Notes: a model not told the origin generated them from the sequence alone. Positions 9,992 to 20,593 are shown, counted from the stretch's first letter. The stretch: 64,000 nucleotides of DNA from an uncultured Gemmatimonadales bacterium (GCA_963795085.1 CAWCFX010000001.1:1152001-1216000), one strand, 5' to 3'. Program-made: numbers and translations.

Positions 9992-10345
9992 ATGGATGAT
10001 CTCGAAGCCGCGGCCCTGCCAATGCGAGTGCTGGCCCCCCTGCTGCCGCTCGTGGCGGCCGTACTGGCGGGAACCCGCCGGCACCTGGTACGCCGCTTTC
10101 AGAGGGAAGGCGCGTTCGAGGAAGCGCGGTCCCTGGCCCTGCCGCCGATGACGCCGGTGCACCGCTGGTGGCTGCGGCGGCTGGCCGGCGCCGGGGTCAT
10201 CCGGCCCGGCCCCCGGGAGACGTGGTGGCTCGACCGCGAGGCCTGGGGGCGGTACCGGTCGGTCCGCCGCCGCCGGGCGCTTGTCGTCGTGCTGGCGCTG
10301 ATCGTGATGGTCGCCGTGTTATGGTTCTCCGGATTCTTTGCATAA
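9992..10345 (+). CDS. Hypothetical membrane protein
   Basis: 117 aa; basic patch followed by a C-terminal hydrophobic helix; fills the gap after xseB. Confidence 0.7.
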   Translation: MDDLEAAALPMRVLAPLLPLVAAVLAGTRRHLVRRFQREGAFEEARSLALPPMTPVHRWWLRRLAGAGVIRPGPRETWWLDREAWGRYRSVRRRRALVVVLALIVMVAVLWFSGFFA

Positions 10346-10374
10346 CCTTCTCAACTCCCACCAGGAAACGAATC

Positions 10375-10908
10375 ATGCGTACAACCACCGCTCTGGCCCT
10401 GTTGCTGGCCGCATCCACCGCGGCCCCGCTGTCCGCCCAAGGCGCCCCGCCCTCCGGAGGTGTCGCGACCAGCCGCGCTCTCTGGGAGCAGATCACCGGC
10501 TACATCACCACCGCCGCCGAAGAGCTTCCCGAGGCCACCTACGGCTTCAAGCCCACGCCGGAGGTCCGCAGCTTCGGCCAGCTGATCGGCCATATTGCCG
10601 GCGCCCAGAACCTCATCTGCGCCGCCGCGCTGGGAGAGCCAGCCCGGTCCGAGGACGAAATCGAGAAAAGCCAGACCACCAAGGCGGGCCTGGTCGCCGC
10701 CCTCAAGGCGTCCACCGAGTACTGCGCCCGGGCCTACCGGCAGACCGATGCGCAGGCCGCCGCCGCCGCCCAGCTCTTCGGCATGAACCAGACCCGGATG
10801 TACGCCCTGATGCTCAATGCCACCCACAATGGCGAGCACTACGGCAACATTGTGACGTATCTCCGGATGAACAAGATCGTCCCGCCCTCCAGCCGCCAGG
10901 GGATGTAG
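10375..10908 (+). CDS. Secreted DinB-family protein
   Basis: Signal peptide; YGFKPTPEVRSFGQLIGH and HNGEHYGNIVTYLRMNKIVPP DinB motifs; AGGA upstream of ATG 10375. Confidence 0.85.
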   Translation: MRTTTALALLLAASTAAPLSAQGAPPSGGVATSRALWEQITGYITTAAEELPEATYGFKPTPEVRSFGQLIGHIAGAQNLICAAALGEPARSEDEIEKSQTTKAGLVAALKASTEYCARAYRQTDAQAAAAAQLFGMNQTRMYALMLNATHNGEHYGNIVTYLRMNKIVPPSSRQGM

Positions 10909-11058
10909 GCCGGCCGGAATGCCCGGAGTTCAACACCCGCGAGCCCCGATCACGGTACCCCGGGGCGGAGACCGCCACGGGGTTGAGGCTCCGGCCGGCG
11001 CGCGGGGGCTCCGTTCTCTCCGCACTCCGGTCCTGGTGTGCACACCGGTGTCCGTTTG

Positions 11059-11976
11059 ATGGCCACCGCGGATCCACCCCTGGCGTCACCGGAGTTCCTG
11101 CTGGGCGAGGCCCGCACCGCTACCGACGCGATCCTGGCGGAGTGGTCCGGCCGGCTGGCCCGGCGTTTCCCCGGCCTGGATGGGCCTGCCATTGCCTACG
11201 CGCTGGCCAGCCCGGGCAAACGGGTGCGCGCGGCGCTGGTGCTGGCATCCTATCGCGCCGTGGGGGGAACCTCGCCCGCCATCGCCGGCGTGGCAGCGGC
11301 GGTCGAGACGGTGCACACCTACTCACTGATTCATGATGACCTGCCCTGCATGGACGACGACGACCTGCGGCGGGGACGGCCCACCACGCACCGGGCCTTC
11401 GACGTTCCCACCGCGACCCGGGTCGGGTTCCTCCTGGTCCCGGTCGCGGCGCTGGTGCTGAGCCGGGCCTCCGGCGAACTGGGGTTGGACGCCGCGCCCC
11501 TGGGCCGGATGGCGGCCACCCTGTTCCAGGCCGGCGGCATCGAAGGGATGGTCGGCGGCCAGTGGATGGACCTCGAGGCGGAGCAGCGGGCGCTGAACCT
11601 GGAGGAACTGACCACGGTCCACCGCGGCAAGACCGGGGCGCTGATTCGGGCCGCCTGCATCCTGGGCGCCCAGGCGGGCCTGGCCGGGCCCGGCCAGCTG
11701 GCCGCCCTCTCAGGCTTCGGCGAAGACATCGGGCTTGCGTTTCAGATCGCCGATGACGTACTCGACGTGACCGGCACCAGCGACGAACTGGGCAAGACCG
11801 CCGGGCGGGACGAAGCGCTGCAGAAGTCCACCTTCGTACGGCTGATGGGCGTGGAAGCGGCCCGCGAGGAGGCCGCCCGGCTGGCCCGCCGGGCGACCGG
11901 CCACCTGGCCGGCGCCGGTATCGCGTCTGGTTCGCTCATGGCGCTGGGTGACTATATTGTAACTCGACGCTCATAA
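11059..11976 (+). CDS. ispA: Polyprenyl (farnesyl/geranylgeranyl) diphosphate synthase
   Basis: GKRVR, SLIHDDLPCMDDDDLRRG, FQIADDVLD. Confidence 0.94.
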   Translation: MATADPPLASPEFLLGEARTATDAILAEWSGRLARRFPGLDGPAIAYALASPGKRVRAALVLASYRAVGGTSPAIAGVAAAVETVHTYSLIHDDLPCMDDDDLRRGRPTTHRAFDVPTATRVGFLLVPVAALVLSRASGELGLDAAPLGRMAATLFQAGGIEGMVGGQWMDLEAEQRALNLEELTTVHRGKTGALIRAACILGAQAGLAGPGQLAALSGFGEDIGLAFQIADDVLDVTGTSDELGKTAGRDEALQKSTFVRLMGVEAAREEAARLARRATGHLAGAGIASGSLMALGDYIVTRRS

Positions 11977-11995
11977 GGAACGACAAGGAACCCGC

Positions 11996-13891
11996 ATGAG
12001 TCTGCTCGCTGCGATCACATCCCCTGCCGACCTCAAACAACTCTCCCGGGACGACCTGATCGCCCTGGCCGCCGAGATCCGGGAACGGCTGATCGAGTGC
12101 TGCTCGGTCACCGGCGGCCACATCGGCGCCAGCCTGGGTGTCGTCGAGCTCTCCATCGCGCTGCTCCGCGAATTCGATTCGCCCCAGGACAAGATCGTCT
12201 GGGACGTCGGCCACCAGGCCTACGCCTGGAAGCTGCTTACCGGCCGCAACGAGCGATTCAGCACCCTCCGGCAGACCGGCGGCATCTCCGGGTTCCTCAA
12301 GCGGGACGAAAACGAGCACGACCAGTTTGGCGCCGGCCACGCGGGCACCGCGATGTCGGCCGCCCTGGGCATGGCCACCGCCCGGGATCTCAAGGGCGAG
12401 AAGCACAAGGTGGTGGCCATCGTCGGCGATGGGGCCCTGACCTCGGGCCTCTCCTACGAGGGAATGAACAACGCCGGGCACTCCGACCGGGATATCATCC
12501 TGATCGTCAACGACAACGGGATGAGCATCTCGCCCAACGTCGGGGCCATCTCCAAGATGCTGGGCCGCATCGTCGCCAACCCCGCCACCAACCGGGTCCG
12601 CGAGGGCATCAAGAGCGTGACCCAGAAGCTGGGGGACGTCTTCGGGCAGGGCGTGGTCGAATTCGCCCGTAACGTGGAAGAGAGCGCCAAGAACCTGTTC
12701 TCGGCCGGGATGCTCTTCGAGGAACTGGGCTATCGCTATTTCGGTCCCTTCGACGGCCACGACCTGCCCAAGCTGCTCGACACGTTCCAGTTCGTGAAGC
12801 CGATGACGGGACCCCGGGTCATTCACATCATCACCGAGAAGGGCAAGGGGTTCGCCCATGCGGAATCCAATCGGGAAAAGTGGCACGGGCTCGCCGCCTA
12901 CGACCCGGTCACCGGCGAGGCCCGCAAGAAAGCCAGCGGCCCGGCGACCTGGACCCAGGTCTTCGGCGAAGGCCTGACCGGCCTCGCCGCCGAGTACCCC
13001 GGCCTGCTTGCCATCACGGCCGCCATGCCCTCCGGCACCGGCACCAGCATCTTCCAGAAGACATGGCCGGGCCGCTTCTTCGACGTGGGCATTGCGGAGG
13101 GACATGCGGTCACCTTTGCCGCCGGGCTCGCGACCCAGGGGTTCCGGCCGGTGTGCGCCATCTACAGCACCTTTCTGCAGCGGGCCTACGACAACATCAT
13201 CCACGACGTGGCGGTGCAGAAGCTGCCGGTGGTCTTCGCCATGGACCGCGCCGGCCTGGTGGGCGAGGACGGGCAGACCCACATGGGCCTGTACGACATT
13301 GCCTACATGCTGGCCGTGCCCGGCATGACCGTCTCCGCGCCCCGGGATGGCGACGAGTTGATCGGCCTGCTCCGCACCGCCATGGCGCACGACGGCCCCT
13401 TCGCCACCCGCTACCCGCGGGACAAGGCGCCCCGGGAGCCTCGACCCGTCGCCGAGATCCCGGCGGTGCCCTACGGCACCTGGGAGACCCTGCGGTCCGG
13501 GTCCGACATCGCGATCCTGGCGGTGGGCACCATGGTGGACCCCAGCCTGGGCGCGGCGGCGCACCTGGAGACTGAAGGCGTGGACTGCACCGTGGTCAAC
13601 TGCCGCTTCATCAAGCCGATGGATACCGCGCTGCTGGAAACCATCGTCGCCCAGCACCGCACCCTGATTACGGTGGAAGAGGGCACCGTGGTGAACGGGT
13701 TCGGCGCCCATCTCGCGGAACGGATGCAGACCACCCACCCCGAAGTCCGGGTGGTGGCTCTCGGTGTCCCCGACCGGCTGATCGAGCAGGCCCCCCGCGC
13801 CGAGCAGCTGGAGACCTTCGGGCTCACCCCGGGCGGGATCGCCCGCCGGATCCTGGCGCTGCATCGCGAGGAGAGTCTCGAGCCACGATGA
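11996..13891 (+). CDS. dxs: 1-deoxy-D-xylulose-5-phosphate synthase
   Basis: WDVGHQAY, GDGALTSG, NDNGMSI, FDVGIAEGHAV, DRAGLVGEDGQTH. Confidence 0.98.
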   Translation: MSLLAAITSPADLKQLSRDDLIALAAEIRERLIECCSVTGGHIGASLGVVELSIALLREFDSPQDKIVWDVGHQAYAWKLLTGRNERFSTLRQTGGISGFLKRDENEHDQFGAGHAGTAMSAALGMATARDLKGEKHKVVAIVGDGALTSGLSYEGMNNAGHSDRDIILIVNDNGMSISPNVGAISKMLGRIVANPATNRVREGIKSVTQKLGDVFGQGVVEFARNVEESAKNLFSAGMLFEELGYRYFGPFDGHDLPKLLDTFQFVKPMTGPRVIHIITEKGKGFAHAESNREKWHGLAAYDPVTGEARKKASGPATWTQVFGEGLTGLAAEYPGLLAITAAMPSGTGTSIFQKTWPGRFFDVGIAEGHAVTFAAGLATQGFRPVCAIYSTFLQRAYDNIIHDVAVQKLPVVFAMDRAGLVGEDGQTHMGLYDIAYMLAVPGMTVSAPRDGDELIGLLRTAMAHDGPFATRYPRDKAPREPRPVAEIPAVPYGTWETLRSGSDIAILAVGTMVDPSLGAAAHLETEGVDCTVVNCRFIKPMDTALLETIVAQHRTLITVEEGTVVNGFGAHLAERMQTTHPEVRVVALGVPDRLIEQAPRAEQLETFGLTPGGIARRILALHREESLEPR

Positions 13892-14751
13892 ACGTCGGCG
13901 TCGTCGGCAACCCGCGGTACAAGGACCTCAAGGCCGTGCTGAGCCAGCTCACGGCCGGGGCTGCCTCCCGCGGGTTTTCCTTTTTCGCCGAGCCGTCGCT
14001 GACCACGACGTGGGACGTACCCTCCCTCGACGGGGTGCCGCTCACCTTCCTCCTGACCCTCGGCGGTGATGGCACGCTGCTGCGCGGCGCCCGGCTGCTC
14101 CAGGGCCGGGACATCCCCATCCTCGGCGTCAACATGGGGCGGGTCGGGTTTCTCACCACGGCGACGGCCGATCAGCTGGAACCGGCCCTCGATGCCCTCG
14201 TCAGCGGCGCCTATATCGTGGAGCGGCGGCTGGCGCTCGCGGTGTCCATCATCGGCGATGACGGGATCGCCCGAAGCCAGCAGCATGCCCTGAACGATGT
14301 CGTAGTCCACAAGGGCGGGGTCGCCCGGGTGGTCCGGATGAACGTCGTGATCGAAGGCGAGGAAGTCGGCCCCTACAGCGCCGACGGCATCATCATCGCG
14401 ACCCCGACCGGTTCCACCGCGTATTCGCTGAGTGCCGGCGGCCCCATCCTGGTGCCCGGGGTGGAATCCATCGTCATCACGCCCATCTGTGCCCACACCC
14501 TGGCGGTGCGTCCCATCGTGGTCCCCGGCCGGTTTACCATCAACATCGAACCGGTGGCCCCCTGGGCCGATGACCTGCTGGTCTCCTATGACGGCCAGGT
14601 CGGCACCACCCTTTCCAGCGGCGACCGGGTCATCATCCGGCGCGCCCCCACCGACGTCCACCTGGTCCGGCTGGGCCCCGGCGGATTCCTCACCCGGATG
14701 CGGAAGAAGCTGCAGTGGGGCGACCTCTCCGGCCGGGAAGACGCCCGGTGA
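13888..14751 (+). CDS. nadK: NAD(+) kinase
   Basis: LGGDGT, GVNMGRVGFL, ALND, DGIIIATPTGSTAYSLSAGGP. Confidence 0.96.
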   Translation: MNVGVVGNPRYKDLKAVLSQLTAGAASRGFSFFAEPSLTTTWDVPSLDGVPLTFLLTLGGDGTLLRGARLLQGRDIPILGVNMGRVGFLTTATADQLEPALDALVSGAYIVERRLALAVSIIGDDGIARSQQHALNDVVVHKGGVARVVRMNVVIEGEEVGPYSADGIIIATPTGSTAYSLSAGGPILVPGVESIVITPICAHTLAVRPIVVPGRFTINIEPVAPWADDLLVSYDGQVGTTLSSGDRVIIRRAPTDVHLVRLGPGGFLTRMRKKLQWGDLSGREDAR

Positions 14752-16421
14752 TCGTCGAGCTGCGGGTCCGCGATCTCGCCACCATCGCCGATGTCACGCT
14801 GGAATTCGGCGATGGGCTCAACGTCCTCTCCGGCGAGACCGGGGCCGGCAAATCCATGATGGTGGACGCGCTGGCCCTGTTGCTGGGCGAGCGGGCCGAC
14901 AGCCAGCTGGTCCGCCCGGGGACCGCCCGGACGGTGGTCGAGGGGGCGTTCGAGGTGGCCAGTGCCAGGGTGCGGGGCCAGGTCGAGGAACTGGGGCTCG
15001 ATTTCGACGAGCATCGGCTGGTGGTCCGGCGGGAAGTGCAGTCCGGAGGGCGTTCCCGGGCCTGGATCAACGGCAGTCCTACTACCGCCTCGGTGCTGGC
15101 GCAGGTCGGCGCCCTGCTGGTAGATCTGCATGGCCAGCACGAGACCCAGTCGCTGCTCCGCCCCGAGGCTCAGCGCGATATCCTGGACGCGTACGCCCAT
15201 GCCTCGGCCGAGCGTGCCGCCGTGGCCGAGGCGCATGCGGCCCTGCGCCGGCTGGTAGACAGCGAGGCGGAGCTGGCCGCCCGCCGGGACGAAGTACGCC
15301 GGCGGGCCGATTATCTCCGGCACGTGGTCCAGGAGATCGACGGGGCCCGGCTCCGGCCCGGGGAAGACGAGAGCCTGGAACTGGAATCCCGGCGGTTGAG
15401 CCATGCCGTGCAACTGGGCGAATCGGCCGCCCGGCTGGCCGCCGCGCTGGATGGCGGCGAGGGCGATGCGCTGAGTGCGCTGGCCCAGGCCGATCGCGCG
15501 CTGGGCGGGCTCGAAAAAGTAGATCCCGCCGTGGCCCCGTGGCGGGAGATGCTCGATGCCGCCTATGCCAACCTCACCGAGCTGAGCCGCGCCGCCGCCG
15601 ACTACGCCGGCCAGGTCCAGGAAGATCCTTCCCGGCTGGCCGAAGTGGAGCAGCGCCGCGATCTGTTGTTCCGGCTGGGCCAGAAATACGGCGCATCGCT
15701 GGCCGCCATCCTGGCGACCCGGGAGTCCGCCGCGGGTGAGCTTGACCTGCTCGATACGGCGGACCTCGATCTCAGGGCCATCGCGGCCCGCCGGGTGGCG
15801 GCGTCGGCCGCCCTGGCGACGGCGGCTGCGAGTCTGACCGACAAGCGGAAAGAGGCGGCGGGCCGCCTGGCCCGGGGAGTCAACCGGCTGCTGGCGAGCC
15901 TGGGCCTGGCAGGGGGAAAGCTGAGCGTGGCGCTGGACCCGCTGGCGGAACCGGGCCTCCACGGTCAGGAGGACGTCACCTTCCTGGTGGCGTTGAACGC
16001 CGGCCTGGAGCCGCGGGCGCTGGCCCGCTCCGCCTCGGGCGGCGAGTTATCCCGGCTGATGCTGGCGCTGAAGGTGGTGCTGGCGGGACACGATGCCATC
16101 CCCACCCTGATCTTCGACGAAGTGGACCAGGGGATCGGCGGCGAGATCGGCAGCCAGGTGGCCGATGCCCTGGCCGAGGTGGCGAACAAGCACCAGGTGC
16201 TGGTGATAACCCATCTGCCCCAGATCGCCGCGCGGGCGGACCGTCACCTGCTGGTGTCCAAGGAGACTCGCGGCGGCATGGCGACCAGCAGCGTGGAGGT
16301 GATTCACGGCGAAGACCGGGTGGCGGAACTGGCCCGGATGCTGGGTGACCCCGACGGCGCCGAATCCCGAAAGCACGCCCAGGCCATGCTGGGCCGGACC
16401 GCCCGCCGAGCCCGGGCCTAG
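14748..16421 (+). CDS. recN: DNA repair protein RecN
   Basis: GETGAGKS, HGQHE, ASGGELSR, FDEVDQGIGG, ITHLPQIAA; GTG start overlapping the nadK stop. Confidence 0.97.
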   Translation: MIVELRVRDLATIADVTLEFGDGLNVLSGETGAGKSMMVDALALLLGERADSQLVRPGTARTVVEGAFEVASARVRGQVEELGLDFDEHRLVVRREVQSGGRSRAWINGSPTTASVLAQVGALLVDLHGQHETQSLLRPEAQRDILDAYAHASAERAAVAEAHAALRRLVDSEAELAARRDEVRRRADYLRHVVQEIDGARLRPGEDESLELESRRLSHAVQLGESAARLAAALDGGEGDALSALAQADRALGGLEKVDPAVAPWREMLDAAYANLTELSRAAADYAGQVQEDPSRLAEVEQRRDLLFRLGQKYGASLAAILATRESAAGELDLLDTADLDLRAIAARRVAASAALATAAASLTDKRKEAAGRLARGVNRLLASLGLAGGKLSVALDPLAEPGLHGQEDVTFLVALNAGLEPRALARSASGGELSRLMLALKVVLAGHDAIPTLIFDEVDQGIGGEIGSQVADALAEVANKHQVLVITHLPQIAARADRHLLVSKETRGGMATSSVEVIHGEDRVAELARMLGDPDGAESRKHAQAMLGRTARRARA

Positions 16422-17002
16422 GAGTCGAGGACCGCCGCCAGCTCGGGATCGTCCAGCCAGACCACCGAGGCCGACACCCGGAACCGGCCGCTGGCCATGA
16501 TGCACTGCCCGGCCCGGTTCAGGTCCATGGCCGGGTACGCCGCCGGGTGTACTTCGAAAAACACGTCCTCCCCGCTGTCGCCGTCCAGCATGTCGATCAG
16601 CAGCTTGCCAGCCTTGAGCTTGACCGCCGACTTGATCTCTCCGATACACGTCACCGGATAGCCCAGGAAGCTGTCGATCAGGTCCTCCCGCTGAGTGGCC
16701 GGAGCGCGGCGGACTTTGCTGAGCACTTCCTGCAGCCGGGGGCGGGGGTTCTGGAGGGCCAGCACCGCGAGATCGCTGCGGGGCTGGGAAGGCAGGGCGA
16801 GGGTGTGCTCGGGCCGCTTGAGTGACGAGGGAGTGATCCGGGGTTCCGGGGGCGGCTGGGGCGGGAGCACCACCTCGGCGGCCGGGGGCGGCGTCCGGCG
16901 CCGGGTCATGATCCGGGCCACGATGCCGACGAGTATCGTGACGACGACGATACCGCCAGCCAGGGCGAGCCACTCCTCGTTCTCTACGATCCAGTTCATC
17001 AT
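16418..17002 (-). CDS. Hypothetical membrane-anchored protein (TM, Pro-rich linker, possible OB-fold)
   Basis: N-terminal hydrophobic helix, PPQPPPEP linker, beta-rich C-terminus. Confidence 0.7.
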   Translation of the reverse strand: MMNWIVENEEWLALAGGIVVVTILVGIVARIMTRRRTPPPAAEVVLPPQPPPEPRITPSSLKRPEHTLALPSQPRSDLAVLALQNPRPRLQEVLSKVRRAPATQREDLIDSFLGYPVTCIGEIKSAVKLKAGKLLIDMLDGDSGEDVFFEVHPAAYPAMDLNRAGQCIMASGRFRVSASVVWLDDPELAAVLDS

Positions 17003-17011
17003 AGGGGTAAT

Positions 17012-17809
17012 CTACTCCTCGTCCCATTCCCGCTGTATGGCCGGGTGCCCGTACCGGGCGCCGCCGGTGATGACCCTGAGATTAGGTAGTATCTCTACTT
17101 CCCCCGCGCTGTGCGTATGCCCACACAGGACCATGACATCCCGGCCGGGCCGCTGCGCGGCGGCCGTCCGGATGGCGTCTCCGGCCGCGCGGCTGCTGAA
17201 GTGGGGCAGCCAGTCGTTGTCGGACATCCGGCCCCGGTGCCACGCCGCCTCGGCGAAGGGGGGGACGTGGGTCAGGACGATGGTCCGCCGGAACCGCCCG
17301 AGCGCCTGGGGCAACTCGCGGGCGAAGTAGGCGGCGGCCTCGTCGCCCAGGCGGTTGAGTTGCGCCAGCCGGGGGCCCGCTTCGAGTCCTTCGAAATCGG
17401 CGATCATACGGTAGTCGTTGAGCAGGACCGGGGAGGCGGCGTAGTCGCCGAATCGCCCGTCGGCCCAGCCATCGTGGCCCACCAGGCCGGTTCCGTCCGT
17501 CAGGGAGACCAGGCCGGCGTCGGGGAGCCACCGGAGGTACTCCGACTCGCGGCAGGTCTCCCGCACGACCTCTCGCACCCCCGCGATGTCTCCCTGGTAG
17601 AAATCATGGTTGCCGAGCACGAAGTAGATGGGGCGCTCCAGCACCCGCGCCAGGACCCGGAGGTGGCTCCGCAGGTGTTTCGCCTGGCTGATATCGCCCC
17701 CCAGCAGGAACACGTCCGCGTTTGATTCCGCCAGCGTGACACAGAAGGCGGCCAGGGCAGGCGGCGCGAGGAACTCGAGGTGGATGTCCGTCGCCCAGGC
17801 GATGCGCAT
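17012..17809 (-). CDS. Calcineurin-like metallophosphoesterase
   Basis: TDIH, GGDI, LGNHD, THVPP, CGHTH motifs. Confidence 0.92.
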   Translation of the reverse strand: MRIAWATDIHLEFLAPPALAAFCVTLAESNADVFLLGGDISQAKHLRSHLRVLARVLERPIYFVLGNHDFYQGDIAGVREVVRETCRESEYLRWLPDAGLVSLTDGTGLVGHDGWADGRFGDYAASPVLLNDYRMIADFEGLEAGPRLAQLNRLGDEAAAYFARELPQALGRFRRTIVLTHVPPFAEAAWHRGRMSDNDWLPHFSSRAAGDAIRTAAAQRPGRDVMVLCGHTHSAGEVEILPNLRVITGGARYGHPAIQREWDEE

Positions 17810-17811
17810 GG

Positions 17812-19371
17812 CTACAACTTGAGGTACATGCGAAACTGCACCCGCATGACCCGCTCCTTCGCGACGATGCCGCCGCCTCCGCTGACCGGCCCTTCGATCG
17901 TCCAGCTGGCCTCGACCGGAAAGCCCGGCTGGCCCAGCGCCACCGCCGCGGGACTCATATAGGTCACCCCGCCCTGGACGGTGGCCAGCGTCCAGTCGGT
18001 GGCCTCCGCCAGCAGGGACGCCGGGGCGAGGCCGGGGACCAGGTCAGTGCCGCCGTAGGTGACCGCGTCGCGGGAACGCCGGCGGTAGCGCAGGCCGCCG
18101 GTCAGGGCCAGCGTGGATCCCAGTCTGAAGAACGGAGCGACGGCCACGTCCAGGGTGCCGCCCGGCTGGCGACGGACCCGGGCCAGCCGACTCGCGAGGG
18201 GGACCGGTTGGAAGGGTCCGGCGACCCGCTGGTCGAGGTCGGCGGCGAATCCATGCTCATATCCGGCCATCACCCGCGCCCCGATTCGGCCCCGTCCAAG
18301 ATCCACCGTCCCGGTCACCCGTGCGACGAGGTGCCCGCTCCCGGTACCCACGTCCAGGAAGTTGGCTGGCAAATCGACTTCGCCGGTCGGAAGCCGGATC
18401 GCGCCGGTGACCGCGGCGCGAAACCCGCCCGGCTCCCCGCCCCGATACCAGCGGTCCTGGACCAGCCAGGAGATCCCCGCCTCGATATCGCCCAGCAGGT
18501 TGAGGGTGGCTTCCTCCAGTGGAAACCCCTGGATGGGTCCGCCCGGCGAAGTCAGCAGATTGGTAAAGTCGTCCTGGCTCAGCGGAGCGGTCGCGAGGGC
18601 GGGGGTGGACGCAAAACCGGTGACCCCGAGTCCGCTCAGGGTCGCCTGATACGAGGAAACGGTGTCCACGATTGCCGCGCCGGTACCGCTGGTCCCGGTG
18701 GGCACGAACGGAGAAGCGGGGTCGTTGAAGGCGGCCTCGAACCCGGCCCGGAGCGCGGTGCCATCCGCCAGCGCCTGGTCGGCCTGGGCCCTCTGCTGCG
18801 GGTTGCCGTCGTACATGCCGCTGGCGATGTTCGCGGCCAGGGTGGACAGGGCCGCATCGAACTCGCCCAGGAACGCGCCGGTCTGGGCCCGGCCCGCGGG
18901 CGTTCCGAGAACCGGGTCGCCGGGATTGAGGCCGGCATCGGCACCGGTGGAGTCGAGCCGGAAGCTGAGCTGCATCCTGGTCCGGACGATCGGCACGGCG
19001 GCGAACAGCGTGAGCCGGCTGGAGAGGCCATAGGACAGCCCGATGGTCGCCGTGCCGATGTTGCGGAGCCCGTTCGCGGTGCTGCGCCCCAGGTTGAGAC
19101 GGTAGCTCGCGTTCCCGAGGATGGCGCCGAGTCCCGATTCGGCGCTACCCGGCGCGGCAAAGAACCCCGGGCCCAGCGGAATCGCGGTAAAGGATCGCGC
19201 CAGGTCTTCGGTGACGCCAGCGTTGTAGCGGGAATCCGCATTGCGGAACTCGCCGCCCAGTTCCAGCCGGAATAAGCCGCGCGGTATGGTGACGGGTGCG
19301 AGCTGTGCTCCCAGCGCCGTGGGGCAGGAGGCCAGCAGGATCAAGGCCCACCGGCGGGCACATTGCTTCAA
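17812..19371 (-). CDS. Exported protein, probable outer-membrane beta-barrel
   Basis: Signal peptide, alternating beta-strand pattern, RLPTG motif, C-terminal VQFRMYLKL. Confidence 0.7.
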   Translation of the reverse strand: MKQCARRWALILLASCPTALGAQLAPVTIPRGLFRLELGGEFRNADSRYNAGVTEDLARSFTAIPLGPGFFAAPGSAESGLGAILGNASYRLNLGRSTANGLRNIGTATIGLSYGLSSRLTLFAAVPIVRTRMQLSFRLDSTGADAGLNPGDPVLGTPAGRAQTGAFLGEFDAALSTLAANIASGMYDGNPQQRAQADQALADGTALRAGFEAAFNDPASPFVPTGTSGTGAAIVDTVSSYQATLSGLGVTGFASTPALATAPLSQDDFTNLLTSPGGPIQGFPLEEATLNLLGDIEAGISWLVQDRWYRGGEPGGFRAAVTGAIRLPTGEVDLPANFLDVGTGSGHLVARVTGTVDLGRGRIGARVMAGYEHGFAADLDQRVAGPFQPVPLASRLARVRRQPGGTLDVAVAPFFRLGSTLALTGGLRYRRRSRDAVTYGGTDLVPGLAPASLLAEATDWTLATVQGGVTYMSPAAVALGQPGFPVEASWTIEGPVSGGGGIVAKERVMRVQFRMYLKL

Positions 19372-19441
19372 TTCGCCTCCACGGGTTACTGTGCAGACCT
19401 CGGCTGGACCAAAAGTATGGCCCTCAGCGCGGTTTCCATAG

Positions 19442-20593
19442 ATGAAAGCACTCTCCGCCTCGACCCGCGAGGCCCTGGCCCTCTTTCGGTCATGCTACCA
19501 GGCCGACCCCGCGATGGCGGCTTCCGCGCCGGGACGGGTCAATCTGATCGGCGAGCACATCGATTATAACGGGGGACCGGTGCTGCCTTTCGGCCTCAAG
19601 GTCCGCACCACGGTCGCCGCCCTCCCCGGGGTAGGCTGGCGGCTGGTGTCCGCGCTGGAGCCGGCCCCGGTGGATCTGGACCCGGCAGCGCCGATGCGGA
19701 GCGCCTGGACCGATTACCTGGTAGGTGTCATCCGGGTGCTCCGGTACATGAACGCCGCACCGGCAGGAGCCTCCATTGCGGTCGCCAGCACGGTGCCGGT
19801 CGGGGCCGGGCTTTCGTCCTCGGCGGCTCTCTGCGTGGCCGCGGTGAAATGCCTGAGCCTGCTCGCCGGGCGGCGGCTCAGCCCGGCCGACATTGCCGAG
19901 GCGGCCTATCGGGCGGAGCACTACGAGGTGGGGGTCAAGGTCGGCCGGCTGGACCAGACCGCCGTCACCTTTGCCAAGGCGGGGAGCGCGCTGTTATTCG
20001 AAACCGCCACCGGCTCCATCGGGCTGGTGCCGATGCCGGCCAAGGTGTGGATCATCGAGACCGGGGTGACCCACCGCCTGGCCGGGGGCGACTACAACCA
20101 GCGGCGCCGCGAGTGCGAGGAGGCCCTGGCCATTCTCCGTGAGCACGGCTTCCCGCTGACCGCGCTTGCGGAGCTGCCTCCGGACCGGCTGGACGAGGCG
20201 ATAGCCCCGCTGCCGCCATCGCTGCAGAAGCGGGTGCGGCATGTGGTGAGCGAAACGGCCCGGACCCGCCGCGCCGCTGACGTCCTGATGCGGCGCGACC
20301 TGGCCACCTTCGGCCGGCTGCTGGTGGAAGGCCATGAATCGCTCCGGCTGGATTACCAGAGCACCGTCCCGGAGGCCGACTTCCTGGTGCATACGGCGGT
20401 GCAACTGGGCGCCTACGGGGCCCGGCTGACCGGCGGAGGCTGGGGTGGGGCGGTGATCGCCCTGCTGCCGCCGGAGAAGGAGCGGCGCATCGTGGCCGAC
20501 CTCGGCGCCGCGTTCCAGCAGGAGTACGGCCGGCTTCCGGTGACGTGGTGGTCCCGCGCCAGCGGCGGCGTCAGGCGGGAGCCGGTGGCCTGA
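19442..20593 (+). CDS. galK: Galactokinase (GHMP kinase)
   Basis: APGRVNLIGEHIDYNGG, PVGAGLSSSAA, GARLTGGGWGG. Confidence 0.9.
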   Translation: MKALSASTREALALFRSCYQADPAMAASAPGRVNLIGEHIDYNGGPVLPFGLKVRTTVAALPGVGWRLVSALEPAPVDLDPAAPMRSAWTDYLVGVIRVLRYMNAAPAGASIAVASTVPVGAGLSSSAALCVAAVKCLSLLAGRRLSPADIAEAAYRAEHYEVGVKVGRLDQTAVTFAKAGSALLFETATGSIGLVPMPAKVWIIETGVTHRLAGGDYNQRRRECEEALAILREHGFPLTALAELPPDRLDEAIAPLPPSLQKRVRHVVSETARTRRAADVLMRRDLATFGRLLVEGHESLRLDYQSTVPEADFLVHTAVQLGAYGARLTGGGWGGAVIALLPPEKERRIVADLGAAFQQEYGRLPVTWWSRASGGVRREPVA

